Shown here one piece after another: positions 46,162 through 56,880 of a stretch of 64,000 nt of DNA. The notes below the pieces were generated by a model. It was given only the letters and a program-made list of their open reading frames with translations. It was not told the DNA's origin and did not search any database. Made by a program: the position numbers and the translations under genes. Position 1 is the stretch's first letter, and every line of letters starts with the position of its first letter. The DNA lies in NCBI GenBank assembly GCA_046595895.1, contig JBKJSF010000244.1:1706-65705 (forward strand), written 5' to 3'. This DNA comes from Caulobacter sp. Lineage in GTDB: Bacteria; Pseudomonadota; Alphaproteobacteria; Caulobacterales; Caulobacteraceae.

Positions 46162-47090
46162 GCGGCGTCGCCCGTCCCGGATTCTTCATTAATTAGAGTG
46201 AGGAAAGCGTCGGCGAGCAAGGATGTTGCTTTTAGCTTGTCCTTCAATGGCAGCGCAATCGGCGGCCCCATATCCGTCTTGTTGACGTCCACGACGTAGA
46301 TACATCCGTCCTTGTCGCGAAGGATGTCCAGGCCGCCCCAGTCCAGCCCCATGCCCTGGCAGAATGCGGAAATAGCCTCCAGCTCGGCCGGGGAGAACAC
46401 CGCGTCCGGCGTTGTCAGGGTGGTGGAGCTGTTGTGATTGGCGAAGCGGTCGGACACCGGCCGGCGCTTGATGAAGACGCAGGCCGGCCGCCCGCCGACA
46501 CAGGGCGTGCGCAGATCGGCGACCATGTCGCCTTCGGTGTTGTCGATCAACTTCTGATAACTCTTGCCGGGCAGGGCCGGGCAGGGGGCCTGAACAATGC
46601 GGCCGTCGTGGGTCCCGTTGTCCTCGCCTTTTTCGACCAGTGGACCCTCGGCGGCGGTCGGATCGACCATCAGCGGATAGCCGAAGGCCTGTTCGAACAC
46701 CCGGGCGACATGGCTCTTGGTGACGTCGGTGCAGCGCCAGTTGAATCGGCGCGCCGGGCCGCTGTTGGGCGGGGCGCCGATGGCGCTGTCGTCGAAATAG
46801 AAGGCCGCCTTGGCCTCATCGGGATGGCGGGCGATGCGGGCCCCGGCCCAGGCGGCGACGGCCCAGACCAGGTACCAGGGACGGGGCTTGTCGGGGGCGA
46901 ACCAGATGGCGGGACCCGGCCGGGTCAGGCGCATCCAGGCGGCCTTGAGGCGGACGGGCGCATAATAGGCAAGCCAGATCAGCCCTTCGGCCACGAGCGC
47001 GCCATCCAGCGCCATGTCGGCGCCGGTCTTGTGAACCCTGATCCGTCCGCCGGACACGGTGAAGTCCGACGCCCAGAATGCTCCTGCCAT
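46158..47090 (-). CDS. Hypothetical protein with an ATP-grasp-like C-terminus
   Basis: GLDWGGLDILRDKDGCIYVVDVNKTDMGP resembles the RimK/Ddl-type ATP-grasp C-terminal motif. GGAG 6 nt before ATG 47090. ATGA overlap with the MBL gene. The 3' end is noticeably AT-richer. Confidence 0.5.
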   Translation of the reverse strand: MAGAFWASDFTVSGGRIRVHKTGADMALDGALVAEGLIWLAYYAPVRLKAAWMRLTRPGPAIWFAPDKPRPWYLVWAVAAWAGARIARHPDEAKAAFYFDDSAIGAPPNSGPARRFNWRCTDVTKSHVARVFEQAFGYPLMVDPTAAEGPLVEKGEDNGTHDGRIVQAPCPALPGKSYQKLIDNTEGDMVADLRTPCVGGRPACVFIKRRPVSDRFANHNSSTTLTTPDAVFSPAELEAISAFCQGMGLDWGGLDILRDKDGCIYVVDVNKTDMGPPIALPLKDKLKATSLLADAFLTLINEESGTGDAA

Positions 47091-47243
47091 ACGATACTCC
47101 GCGCCCCCGAGACGCTGAACCCGCATAACTAGGGCAATTCGCATCACAGACAAACGACTTGCCCGCGAGGCGTGCGTGACCCGGAGCGTGAGCGGCCCGA
47201 AAGTTGCGCCGCGGACGTTCAGTCTGGTGGGAAGGTGCGTAAA

Positions 47244-47393
47244 ATGGCTCTGGATACGATGATTTTTGTTTCAAAACGGCTCCAGCGGGTCGCCTTTGCG
47301 GTTCTTTGTCTCATGGCGGCTCAACTTGTCCTCGCCTCCTGCGAGCCCGAGCCCAGCGCCATGGCCGCCCGCGTAACGCTCGGCGGCCAATAG
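47244..47393 (+). CDS. Possible 49-aa lipoprotein (17-aa mature peptide)
   Basis: GGAAGG about 10 nt upstream of the ATG. Signal with lipobox LVLAS-C. Short, so weakly supported. Confidence 0.3.
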   Translation: MALDTMIFVSKRLQRVAFAVLCLMAAQLVLASCEPEPSAMAARVTLGGQ

Positions 47394-47432
47394 CCCACTT
47401 GAGGCTGGGCGCGATTGGCCGTTAATTCCGCC

Positions 47433-48899
47433 ATGGTCGCCGCAGCTTTCGAATCCCTGATCGCCCAGGCGGGCGAACTGCGCCGCGCCGGCCGGGTGAC
47501 CGAGGCTATCGCCGCCTACGAGCAGCTGCTCAGGCAGCGGCCGGCCCTGCCTGACAGCTGGTACAACCTCGCCCTGCTGTACCGCCGCGCCCGGCGCTTC
47601 GACGACGCCCTGGCGGCCTACGACAAGGCGCTCACCCACGGCCTCTCCGGACCGGAGGAGGCCTACCTCAATCGCGGCGTCATCTATGCCGACGACCTGC
47701 GCCGTCCGGAGGAGGCGGAGCGGGAGCTAGCCGCCGCCCTGATATTGAATCCGCGGTATGTCCCGGCCCTCCTCAATCTCGGCAATCTGCATGAGGATCG
47801 CGGTCGCCGCGCGCAGGCTCGCGAGGCGTACGACCAGATCCTGACCCTGGAGCCGGACCATCCGCTGGCCCTGGCTCGGGCGGCCGGGCTGCATGCCCCG
47901 AGCGGGCCCGATGATCTGATGATCGGCCGTCTGGATCGAGCCGCGTCAAAGCCGGGACTGGGACCTGCCGACAAGGCCGAGCTGCTGTTCTCCGTCGGCC
48001 GGCTGCACGACACGGCGGGAGCCTACAACGAGGCCTGGACCCGCTATCTCGAGGCCAATGCCTTCAGCCGCCAGAGCGGCAAGGTCCCGCCTTACGACCG
48101 CGCCGCCCAGGAACGGTTGGTCGATCAGCTGATTGCCGCCCTTCCCGCCGCCCAGGCGAATCCACCCATCGCAGGGGCCAGGCCGCCGCCGATCTTCATC
48201 TGCGGCATGTTCCGCTCAGGCTCGACCCTGGTCGAACAGGTGCTGGCCAGCCACCCGCGTGTTACCTCGGGCGGTGAGCTCGGCCTGCTGCCGGCTCTGG
48301 TCCGCCGCAAGGTGACGCCCTGGCCCACCGCCCTGGCCGAGGTCACCGGCCCGGTGCGGGACCAATTGGCGAGCGCCTATCTGAGCGAACTGGCGGCGCT
48401 GTTTCCGGGCGCCGACGTCATTACCGACAAGCGGCCCGACAACTTCCTGCACATCGGCCTGATCAAGCGACTGTTCCCGGACGCCAGGATCGTCAACACG
48501 GTCCGTGACCCGCTCGACAACATCCTGTCGGTGTTCTTCCTTCACCTCGACCACGGCATGACCTACGCGCTGAACATCGACGACACGGCCCACTACCTGG
48601 TCCAGCAGCGCCGCCTGATGGCCCATTGGCGGGCTCTATGGCCGGACGACATCCTGGACTTCGACTACGACGCTTTTGTCGCGGACCCGCGACCCCACGC
48701 AGAGCGCCTGCTGGCGTTCTGCGACCTCGCCTGGGACGACGCCTGCCTCGCTTTTCACCGGACCGATAGCAACGTCCGCACCGCCAGCGTCTGGCAGGTC
48801 CGCGAGCCGCTCTACAGGCGGGCTTCGGGCCGTTGGCGGAACTATGAACGCCATCTGGGGCCGGTCATGGCCTGGCTGGAAGGGCAAGGGGGCCCCTAG
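47433..48899 (+). CDS. TPR-repeat sulfotransferase family protein
   Basis: N-terminal TPRs (YNLALLY, LNLGNLHEDRG). PAPS 5'-PSB loop ICGMFRSGSTLVEQ. C-terminal sulfotransferase region. Confidence 0.85.
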   Translation: MVAAAFESLIAQAGELRRAGRVTEAIAAYEQLLRQRPALPDSWYNLALLYRRARRFDDALAAYDKALTHGLSGPEEAYLNRGVIYADDLRRPEEAERELAAALILNPRYVPALLNLGNLHEDRGRRAQAREAYDQILTLEPDHPLALARAAGLHAPSGPDDLMIGRLDRAASKPGLGPADKAELLFSVGRLHDTAGAYNEAWTRYLEANAFSRQSGKVPPYDRAAQERLVDQLIAALPAAQANPPIAGARPPPIFICGMFRSGSTLVEQVLASHPRVTSGGELGLLPALVRRKVTPWPTALAEVTGPVRDQLASAYLSELAALFPGADVITDKRPDNFLHIGLIKRLFPDARIVNTVRDPLDNILSVFFLHLDHGMTYALNIDDTAHYLVQQRRLMAHWRALWPDDILDFDYDAFVADPRPHAERLLAFCDLAWDDACLAFHRTDSNVRTASVWQVREPLYRRASGRWRNYERHLGPVMAWLEGQGGP

Positions 48900-49306
48900 C
48901 CCGGCAGCACGGTCGCCAGGTCGTAGCCCGCCGCCGAGCCCAAATCGACCAGGGTCTGGCGGTCCCGGCGGCTAGCCAGGGCCTGGCCGACGCTCCAGGT
49001 GACGATGGAGCGGGCGCCGGAGCGGCAGAAGGCCAGTACCGGACCGTCGGCGTCGTCGATGAGCTGGCGATTGAGGGCGACTTGGTCGGGGGTCGGGCCA
49101 CCGCGCACCGGGATGTGGGCATAGTCCATGCCGGCGGTGCGCGCAGCGGCCTCCATCTGCGCGCTGGAGGGCTGGCTTGGGTCCTCGCCGTCGGGACGGT
49201 TGTTGATCACCAGCCTGTATCCCCGGGCGGCCGCGTCGGCCATGTCCGCAGGTTGAAGCTGTGGGGCGACAGCAAAATCGGGGGTTACTTGACGAATATC
49301 GGTCAT
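48896..49306 (-). CDS. TIGR01244 (DUF442) family sulfurtransferase/phosphatase-like protein
   Basis: FAVAPQL...LVINNRPDGE...FCRSGARS. Confidence 0.8.
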   Translation of the reverse strand: MTDIRQVTPDFAVAPQLQPADMADAAARGYRLVINNRPDGEDPSQPSSAQMEAAARTAGMDYAHIPVRGGPTPDQVALNRQLIDDADGPVLAFCRSGARSIVTWSVGQALASRRDRQTLVDLGSAAGYDLATVLPG

Positions 49307-49490
49307 GCTGCGTTCATCCTGAATGAGGCTTCGTTGACAACATCGGGGTGGGACCGACAGTAAGCAACGCCCGCGTGGCCTCGGCTCCGCGGGAAACCTG
49401 AATTTTTTGAACGTGACAGTTCCGCCGAACTGAAGTCAGTCGTCGGAGTTTGCGTTCCTGGGATCCTGGTCCCGCTCGTCAAAGGCCGTC

Positions 49491-50438
49491 ATGCTCCGAT
49501 TTCTTTCCCGACGCCTGCTGGTCGCCATCCCGACGATGTTTCTCGTCGTCACCTTGGCCTTCTTCATGATGCGCGCCGCCCCGGGCAGCCCGTTCGTCAA
49601 CGAGCGGCAGATGACGCCCGAGGTGCAGAAGGTGGTCGAGGCGAAGTACGGCTTCGACAGGCCCCTCCATGAACAGTACGTCGGCTACCTCGTCGATGTG
49701 GTGCAAGGCGACTTCGGTCCGTCGCTGAAATATCGCGACAAGACGGTGCTGGAGATCCTTGGTGAGAACTTCAAGGTCAGCCTGTGGCTCGGCCTGTCGG
49801 CGATCATCGTCGCCTCGATCATCGGGGTTTTCCTGGGGATCATCGCCGCCCTGCGGCAGAACCGGGCCATCGACTACGGGACCATGGGGATCGCCATCCT
49901 CGGGGTCTGCATCCCGACCTTCGTGACCGCGCCACTGCTGGTGCTGGCCTTCGGGTCGATCCTCGGCTGGTTGCCGCTGGCCGGCTGGGGCTGGACCAAG
50001 GTGGCGGGGGTCGAGTTTCCATCCTGGAAGAACATGATCCTGCCGGTCACCGTGCTGGCCCTGCCGCAGATCGCCATCATCTCGCGCCTGGTGCGGGCCG
50101 GGATGATCGAGGTGCTGCGCTCCAACTATGTGCGAACCGCCCGCGCCAAGGGGCTCCCTGAGAGCCTCATTGTCCGCAAGCATGCCCTGCGCGCCGCCAT
50201 CCTGCCGCTCGTCAGCTACCTCGGCCCAGCCTGCGCCGGCCTGCTGACCGGTTCGCTGGTGGTCGAGAAGATCTTCAACCTGCCGGGCCTCGGAAAGTTC
50301 TTCGTCATCAGCGCTCTGCAGCGCGACTACACCGTGGTCATGGGCATGGTCATCTTCTACGCCGCCCTGATCCTCGTTCTGAACATGATCGCCGACATGC
50401 TGTACGCGGCGCTCGATCCCCGCGTGAGGCTGTCGTGA
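49491..50438 (+). CDS. Peptide/nickel ABC transporter permease (OppB/DppB-like)
   Basis: MLRFLSRRLLVAIPTMFLVVTLAFFMMRAAPGSPF N-terminus. EAA-loop YVRTARAKGL. Confidence 0.9.
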   Translation: MLRFLSRRLLVAIPTMFLVVTLAFFMMRAAPGSPFVNERQMTPEVQKVVEAKYGFDRPLHEQYVGYLVDVVQGDFGPSLKYRDKTVLEILGENFKVSLWLGLSAIIVASIIGVFLGIIAALRQNRAIDYGTMGIAILGVCIPTFVTAPLLVLAFGSILGWLPLAGWGWTKVAGVEFPSWKNMILPVTVLALPQIAIISRLVRAGMIEVLRSNYVRTARAKGLPESLIVRKHALRAAILPLVSYLGPACAGLLTGSLVVEKIFNLPGLGKFFVISALQRDYTVVMGMVIFYAALILVLNMIADMLYAALDPRVRLS

Positions 50439-51337
50439 GCATCTCCATTCCCGGCTCCCCCGAGCGCGCCGCGCTGCTCGAAAAGGCCGTCAAGGGCCGC
50501 TCCCTGTGGGACGACGCCCGCCGCCGCCTGCTGCGCAACAAGATGGCCGTCGCCGGCATGATCGTGCTGGCGGTGATGGTGGTATTGTCAATCATCGGGC
50601 CGCTGTTTGTCTCCTACGCGTACGACACGGTGACCAAGACCGACGTCTGGAGCGCGCCCGGCGTCTCCAACCACGTCATCGGCGCCGATTCCCTCGGCCG
50701 CGACCTGCTGGCCCGGCTGTTCGCCGGCCTTGGGGTTTCGCTCGGCATCGGGGTGGTGGCGACGGCCGTGTCGCTGGTCATTGGCGTCGCCTGGGGGGCC
50801 ACCGCCGGCTACCTGGGCGGCAAGGTCGACGAGGTGATGATGCGCATGGTCGACACCCTCTACAGCCTGCCGTTCATCTTCTTCGTCATCCTGCTGATGG
50901 TCACCTTCGGCAAGAACATCTTCCTGATCTTCCTGGCCATCGGGGCGGTCGAGTGGCTGACCATGGCCCGCATCGTGCGCGGCCAGACGCTCAGCCTGAA
51001 GCAGAAGGAATTCATCGAGGCGGCAAGGGCCGCCGGCCTGACCTCGCGCGACATCATCGCCCGCCACATCGTGCCCAACCTGCTGGGTCCGGTGGTGGTC
51101 TATGTCACTCTGACCATCCCCGCGATCATCATCGCCGAGAGTTTCCTGAGCTTCCTGGGCCTCGGCGTTCAGGCGCCGATGGCCAGTCTCGGCACCCTGA
51201 TCGCCAACGGCGCTCAGGACATGGAGATGGCGCCCTGGCTGCTGATCTTCCCGTCGATCACCATGATCGTCACCCTGATGGCCTTCAACTTCATCGGCGA
51301 CGGCCTGCGGGACGCCATCGACCCGAAGGACCGGTAG
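50435..51337 (+). CDS. Peptide/nickel ABC transporter permease (OppC/DppC-like)
   Basis: 4-nt overlap with the upstream permease. FIEAARAAGLTSRDIIARHIVPN. Confidence 0.9.
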   Translation: MSISIPGSPERAALLEKAVKGRSLWDDARRRLLRNKMAVAGMIVLAVMVVLSIIGPLFVSYAYDTVTKTDVWSAPGVSNHVIGADSLGRDLLARLFAGLGVSLGIGVVATAVSLVIGVAWGATAGYLGGKVDEVMMRMVDTLYSLPFIFFVILLMVTFGKNIFLIFLAIGAVEWLTMARIVRGQTLSLKQKEFIEAARAAGLTSRDIIARHIVPNLLGPVVVYVTLTIPAIIIAESFLSFLGLGVQAPMASLGTLIANGAQDMEMAPWLLIFPSITMIVTLMAFNFIGDGLRDAIDPKDR

Positions 51338-51344
51338 GATGCCG

Positions 51345-51875
51345 TCAGTTCTGGCGCTTGGCGCGGATCGTCCCGTAGCCCTTGACGGACAGGAAGTAGC
51401 TGCCGAGGGTCGCCGTCTTGAGCGTCACCGCCGCGCCGGCCGGGACCTTGCGCAGTTTCTCGGAGTCGATCTGTACCCAGACCGCGCCGTCATCCAGCTT
51501 GATGATCCACTTGCCGTGCGGATCCTGGCGGGCCGAGCCGACGGTGGCTTCCAACCGCGTCAGTTCCTCCTCCTTGACGCCCTGAGTCATGAAGCTGGGC
51601 ATCTGGAAGTTGAAGCCGAATGCTGCCTTGCGGGCCTGGCGCATCTGGCCACGGTCGATGACCACCACGTCGCCCTTGGCCTCGGCCACGTCCAGCGCCG
51701 CCGTCGCCTTGTCGTAACAGGCCAGGCGGTCGGCCGAATCGGTGATGGCGCGGCAGTCGACAACCGCCTTCAGGGCCCCGGCCCGCTCGGCGGGCTTGGA
51801 TCGCCCCCCAGACTGGGCGGCCGCGCCGCCGGCCATCAGAATCACCAGACCGGCCACCGCCAGTCCTCTTCCCAT
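51345..51875 (-). CDS. Hypothetical exported protein
   Basis: Signal MGRGLAVAGLVILMAGGAAAQ. High GC3. Alternative ATG 51896 would overlap the divergent start. Confidence 0.55.
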   Translation of the reverse strand: MGRGLAVAGLVILMAGGAAAQSGGRSKPAERAGALKAVVDCRAITDSADRLACYDKATAALDVAEAKGDVVVIDRGQMRQARKAAFGFNFQMPSFMTQGVKEEELTRLEATVGSARQDPHGKWIIKLDDGAVWVQIDSEKLRKVPAGAAVTLKTATLGSYFLSVKGYGTIRAKRQN

Positions 51876-51894
51876 CTCCGCGGGGCGTAGCGTC

Positions 51895-53568
51895 ATGACC
51901 GTCTCCGACTCCAGAACAGCCGCCATTGAAGGCCGAGCCAGCGTGATCCGCAATCTCTTCCTCGCCGGCGCCGCCCTGACCGCGCTCACCCTGGCCGCCT
52001 GCGGCGAGCAGCCGGTGTCTCGTCCGCCCTGTCCGCAGGGGAAGATCTGCCTGACCATCGGCAACACCTCCGAGCCGGCGACCCTGGATCCACACAAGTC
52101 GACCGGCACCTGGGAAGACCGCATCCAGAGCGACCTGTTCATCGGCCTGACCCAGTCGGCCGCCGACGGTTCGACGATTCCCGGCATGGCCGAGCGTTGG
52201 GACGTCACGGCCGACGGCCTGGTCTGGACTTTCCATCTGCGCGACGCGGTCTGGTCTGACGGCGTGCCGGTCACGGCCGAAGACTTCGTCTACTCCCTGC
52301 GCCGCGTGCTCGATCCCAACACGGCGTCGGAGTACGCCGCCCTGATCTTCCTGATCAAGAACGCGGAGGCCGTGAACGGTGGCAAGGCGCCGCTTGAGGC
52401 GCTGGGCGTCCGGGCCGTCGATCGCAAGACGGTTGAGATTACCCTCAACCACCCCGCGCCCTACCTGCCCGAGCTGACGCGGCACCATGTGCTCTACCCA
52501 GTGCCCAAGCACGCGGTGGAAAAACACGGCGACCAGTGGATCAAGCCGGGCAAGATGGTCAGCAATGGTCCCTACGTCCTGGCCGACTGGCGGCTGGGAG
52601 ACAACGTCCACACGGTGAAGAATCCCCGATTCTGGGATGCCAAGGATGTCTGTATCGACGAGGTCTACTGGTACCCGACCACCGACGCCATCTCCGCCGA
52701 ACGGCGTGTGGCGCGTGGCGAGCTCGACATCAATACCGACATCCAATCCAACCGCATCGCCCGCCTGCGCACGAAGATGCCGGGATATGTCCACACCAAC
52801 ACCTACCTTGGGCTGACCTACGTGGCCTTCAACCGCACGGCCAACAGTAAGGTGCCGGCGTTCAAGGACCTGCGTGTCCGCCAGGCCCTGACCATGGCCA
52901 TCGACCGCGACTTCATCGCCAACGGCCTGCTGCGCGGCGGCCAACTGCCGGCCAACACCAAGGTTCCGCCGGGCGTCGCCAACTATAAGGCCTCCCCCGG
53001 TCCCTACTGGGCGACCTGGCCGCTGGCCAAACGCCAGGCCAAGGCCCGCGAGCTCCTGGCCGAGGCCGGCTTCGGTCCGGACAACCCGCTGCGCTTCGAG
53101 CTCAAGCACCGCAACAGCGCCGACCCCATGCAGTTTACCCCGGCCCTGCAGTCGGACTGGAAGCAGGTCGGGGTGCTGGTCACCCTGGCCCAGCAGGAGG
53201 GCCAGATATCCTATGCCGACTACCGGGTGCGCAACTTCCAGGCCGCCGACGCCGCCTGGATCGCCGACTACAACGACCCGACCAGCTTCCTGGACATGGA
53301 GAAGTCCAACTACGGGCCGCAAAACTACGGCGACTACAACAACCCGGCCTACGACGCACTGATGATGAAGGCCGACAACGAGCCGGACGCCGGCAAGCGG
53401 GCTGACTATCTGCGGGACGCCGAGACCATGATGCTGAACGACGCGCCGATCGCCCCGGTCTATTTCTACATCAACAAGAATCTGGTGAATCCGAAAATTA
53501 CCGGCTTCGTCGACAATCTCGTCGATCACCACCGCACCCGCTGGATGTGCGTCAAGGGGGCTCGCTGA
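51895..53568 (+). CDS. Peptide ABC transporter substrate-binding lipoprotein (family 5, OppA-like)
   Basis: Lipobox LTLAA-C. GNTSEPATLDPHKSTG...; family-5 architecture, about 550 aa. Start is ATG 51895 or GTG 51943. Confidence 0.85.
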   Translation: MTVSDSRTAAIEGRASVIRNLFLAGAALTALTLAACGEQPVSRPPCPQGKICLTIGNTSEPATLDPHKSTGTWEDRIQSDLFIGLTQSAADGSTIPGMAERWDVTADGLVWTFHLRDAVWSDGVPVTAEDFVYSLRRVLDPNTASEYAALIFLIKNAEAVNGGKAPLEALGVRAVDRKTVEITLNHPAPYLPELTRHHVLYPVPKHAVEKHGDQWIKPGKMVSNGPYVLADWRLGDNVHTVKNPRFWDAKDVCIDEVYWYPTTDAISAERRVARGELDINTDIQSNRIARLRTKMPGYVHTNTYLGLTYVAFNRTANSKVPAFKDLRVRQALTMAIDRDFIANGLLRGGQLPANTKVPPGVANYKASPGPYWATWPLAKRQAKARELLAEAGFGPDNPLRFELKHRNSADPMQFTPALQSDWKQVGVLVTLAQQEGQISYADYRVRNFQAADAAWIADYNDPTSFLDMEKSNYGPQNYGDYNNPAYDALMMKADNEPDAGKRADYLRDAETMMLNDAPIAPVYFYINKNLVNPKITGFVDNLVDHHRTRWMCVKGAR

Positions 53569-53910
53569 GTCGGACTCGGCCCTTTCGCGGAGTCATCCGC
53601 GTGGCTCCCCGGTGACAGTCCTGCCCCGGATTCACCATCCCGGGCTTCGTTTGACGCGCTCCAAGCGGGCGCTTCTACCCTGTCCAGCCCATATTGCGGC
53701 GGATTTTCGCCTTTAAGCGTCCCGGCTGTGGCGCGGATGCGACATTCTCGCGTCGATCTCATTACGGATCGGCAATGAGCGTTGACCGGCGTTCAGCCTC
53801 AGGCCTATTGCTGGCTTAACCGGACGTCTCTGTATGTCCGGGAGGCCCGAATTCATGCTTTTGAGGGGAAGCGCGACCGTCAAGCGGCGCGCTGGCTCGG
53901 AGGGACTAAG

Positions 53911-56817
53911 TTGAGAATCCAAACCACGCGCGGCCGTCTGCTGGCGTCCACGATGATCTGCGGCGCCGCTTTCGCCGCCCTGGCGATCGCCGCACCGGCC
54001 TTCGCTCAGGACGACACCGAAGTCGGCGAAGTCTTCATCACCGGCTCGCGCATCCCGCAGCCGAACCTCGTCACCACCAGCCCGATCACCCAGGTGACCT
54101 CGGAAGACATCGCCACCCAGGGCGTGACCCGGGTCGAAGACCTGATCAACCAGCTGCCGCAGGCCTTCGCCGCGCAGAACTCGACGGTCTCGAACGGCGC
54201 CTCCGGCACCGCCACGGTTGACCTTCGTGGTCTCGGCTCGGTCCGCACCCTGGTGCTGGTCGATGGTCGCCGCATGCCCTACGGCTCGCCGAACGATCCG
54301 GCCGCCGACCTCAACCAGATCCCGGCCGCCCTGGTCGAGCGCGTTGAAGTCCTGACCGGCGGCGCCTCGGCCGTCTATGGTTCGGACGCCATCTCCGGCG
54401 TCGTCAACTTCATCATGAAGAAGGACTTCGAGGGCGTTCAGCTCTCGGGCCAGTACAGCTTCTACCAGCACCACAACGACTACGACGGTCCCGGCAACAT
54501 CCGTGAAGTCATCGCCGCCCGTGGCGCGACCAACCCCTCGCAGTTCGCCCTGCCCGACGACAACGTCATCGACGGCTACGGCAAGGAAGTGTCCATGCTG
54601 CTCGGCGTCTCCTCGCCGGACGACAAGGGCAATGTCACCGCCTATGTGACCTACCGTAACAACGACGAAGTCATGCAGGCCGACCGCGACTACTCCGGTT
54701 GTTCGCTTGGCGCTCCGGCTGCTGCGACCCCGAAAAACTTCACCTGCGGTGGTTCAAGCACCTCCTTCCCGGGTCGGTTCACGGACTTCGCGACCTTTAA
54801 CTTCACCGTTGGCGGGGCTGGTGGAAATCAGTTCGTTCCCTTTGTCGCGTCTCGTGACCAATACAACTTCGGTCCGATCAACTTCTACCAACGCCCTGAC
54901 GAGCGCTATTCGCTCGGCGCCGTTGGCCGGTACGAAGTCAACGAGCATGCTGAAGTCTTCACCCAGCTGATGTTCACCGACTACAGCACGGTCGCCCAGA
55001 TCGCGCCGTCGGGCAACTTCTTCAGCACCAGCACCATCAACTGCGGCAACCCGCTGCTGTCGGCTCAGCAGTCGGCCGCCATCGGCTGTTCGGCCGCTGA
55101 AATCGCCGCCGACACTGACGAAGACCTGTACATCGGTCGTCGGAACGTCGAAGGGGGTGGTCGCCAGGACGACCTGCGCTATCAGTCGTACCGCGGCGTG
55201 ATCGGCGTCCGTGGCCAGTTCGACGACAACTGGTCCTACGACGTCGCCGGCCAATACAGCCGCGTCCAGCTGTCGCGGATCTACCGCAACGACTTCTCGG
55301 TCACGCGCCTCAACCGGGCCCTGGACGTTGTCTCGGTTGGCGGTACGCCCACCTGTCGCTCGGTTGTCGATGGAACCGACCCGAACTGTGTGCCGTACAA
55401 TATCTTTACCCTCGGCGGCGTGAACGACGCACAGCTGGACTACCTGCAAACGCCGGGTATCCAGCGAGCCTCGACCACCCAGCAAGTTGTCACTGCCTCG
55501 GTGGCCGGCGACCTGGGCAGCTACGGCGTGAAGTCGCCGCTGGCCACTAATGGCCTGCAACTGGCCTTCGGCGCCGAGTACCGTCGTGACGAACTGACGT
55601 CGGACACCGACAACGCCTTCTCGACCGGCGACCTCGCCGGCCAGGGCGGCCCGACCATCGGCCTGAGCGGCGCGACCGAGGTTTACGACCTCTTCGCCGA
55701 AGCCCGGATCCCGCTGATCGAGGACATGCCCTTCGCCAAGCTTCTGTCAGTCGAGTTGGCTTACCGCTTCTCGGACTACGGCACGGGCCTCAACACCGAC
55801 ACCTACAAGATCGCCGGTGACTGGGCCCCGGTGGAAGATGTCCGCTTCCGCGCCAGCTACCAGAAAGCCGTCCGCGCCCCGAACGTGATCGAACTGTTCT
55901 CGGCGCAAGGCCTTGGCCTGTTTGACTTGGATGAGGACCCCTGTGGCCCCGCCATGACCGCGACCCTTGCCCAGTGTCAGGCGACCGGTGTGACTGCGGC
56001 CCAGTATGGCGACCCCTCGCTGGACAGCCCGGCTGGTCAGTACAACCTCTTCGGCGGTGGTAACCCGGACCTGTCTCCGGAAGAAGCCAAGACCTACACG
56101 ATCGGTATCGTGTTCACCCCGACCTTCCTGCCGGGCCTGAACTTCTCGATCGACTATTTCAACATCGAAGTGACCGATATCATCACCTCGTTTGGCGCCG
56201 GCAACACCGTCGCCGCCTGCTACGAAGACAACGATCCGGTCGCCTGCGCCCGTATCAACCGGAACGCCCTGGGCAACCTGTGGACCAATGGCAGCTTCGT
56301 TGAAGACTTCAACATCAACGTCGGCTTCCTGGAAACCGAAGGTTACGACTTCGTCGCCAACTATAACCTCGACGTCGGTGACTATGGCGGTCTGAACTTC
56401 AACTTCGTCGGCACCAGGCTCGAAACGCTGAACTCCTCGAACAGCGGCGACTGCCTCGGCAAGTTCGGCTCGAGCTGTGGCGTTCCGGCTCCGGAATGGC
56501 GTCACCGCTTCCGTGTCGGCTATGACACCCCCTGGGGCGTCGATATCGCCGGCACCTGGCGTTACATTGGCGAAGTGGAACTGGAAACGGGCGACCGTCC
56601 CCTGGACGGCACGTTCGAAGCCGAAAACTACTTCGACCTGTTCGCCTCCTGGAAGGCGACCGATACCGCCAGCTTCCGCGTCGGCGTGAACAACGTCTTC
56701 GACAACGATCCGCCGGTTTCGCGCAGCGTCGGCACGACCGGTAACGGCAACACCTACCCGCAAACCTATGACGCCCTCGGCCGTTATATGTTCATCGGCT
56801 TCACCCTGGACTTCTAA
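53911..56817 (+). CDS. TonB-dependent receptor
   Basis: TTG 53911 lies 7 nt after GGAGG. Signal ...AIAAPAFA-QDD. EVFITGSRIPQ...VEVLTGGASAVYGSDAISGVVNFI. Ends ...FIGFTLDF. Confidence 0.9.
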   Translation: MRIQTTRGRLLASTMICGAAFAALAIAAPAFAQDDTEVGEVFITGSRIPQPNLVTTSPITQVTSEDIATQGVTRVEDLINQLPQAFAAQNSTVSNGASGTATVDLRGLGSVRTLVLVDGRRMPYGSPNDPAADLNQIPAALVERVEVLTGGASAVYGSDAISGVVNFIMKKDFEGVQLSGQYSFYQHHNDYDGPGNIREVIAARGATNPSQFALPDDNVIDGYGKEVSMLLGVSSPDDKGNVTAYVTYRNNDEVMQADRDYSGCSLGAPAAATPKNFTCGGSSTSFPGRFTDFATFNFTVGGAGGNQFVPFVASRDQYNFGPINFYQRPDERYSLGAVGRYEVNEHAEVFTQLMFTDYSTVAQIAPSGNFFSTSTINCGNPLLSAQQSAAIGCSAAEIAADTDEDLYIGRRNVEGGGRQDDLRYQSYRGVIGVRGQFDDNWSYDVAGQYSRVQLSRIYRNDFSVTRLNRALDVVSVGGTPTCRSVVDGTDPNCVPYNIFTLGGVNDAQLDYLQTPGIQRASTTQQVVTASVAGDLGSYGVKSPLATNGLQLAFGAEYRRDELTSDTDNAFSTGDLAGQGGPTIGLSGATEVYDLFAEARIPLIEDMPFAKLLSVELAYRFSDYGTGLNTDTYKIAGDWAPVEDVRFRASYQKAVRAPNVIELFSAQGLGLFDLDEDPCGPAMTATLAQCQATGVTAAQYGDPSLDSPAGQYNLFGGGNPDLSPEEAKTYTIGIVFTPTFLPGLNFSIDYFNIEVTDIITSFGAGNTVAACYEDNDPVACARINRNALGNLWTNGSFVEDFNINVGFLETEGYDFVANYNLDVGDYGGLNFNFVGTRLETLNSSNSGDCLGKFGSSCGVPAPEWRHRFRVGYDTPWGVDIAGTWRYIGEVELETGDRPLDGTFEAENYFDLFASWKATDTASFRVGVNNVFDNDPPVSRSVGTTGNGNTYPQTYDALGRYMFIGFTLDF

Positions 56818-56846
56818 GTCCGGCCAGAGTGACTGTGAGTAACGGA

Positions 56847-56880
56847 GGCGGCGGACCGAAAGGTCCGCCGCCTTTCGTTT
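56847..56880 (+). terminator. Rho-independent terminator
   Basis: ggcggcggacc / gaaa / ggtccgccgcc followed by tttcgttt. Confidence 0.75.
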
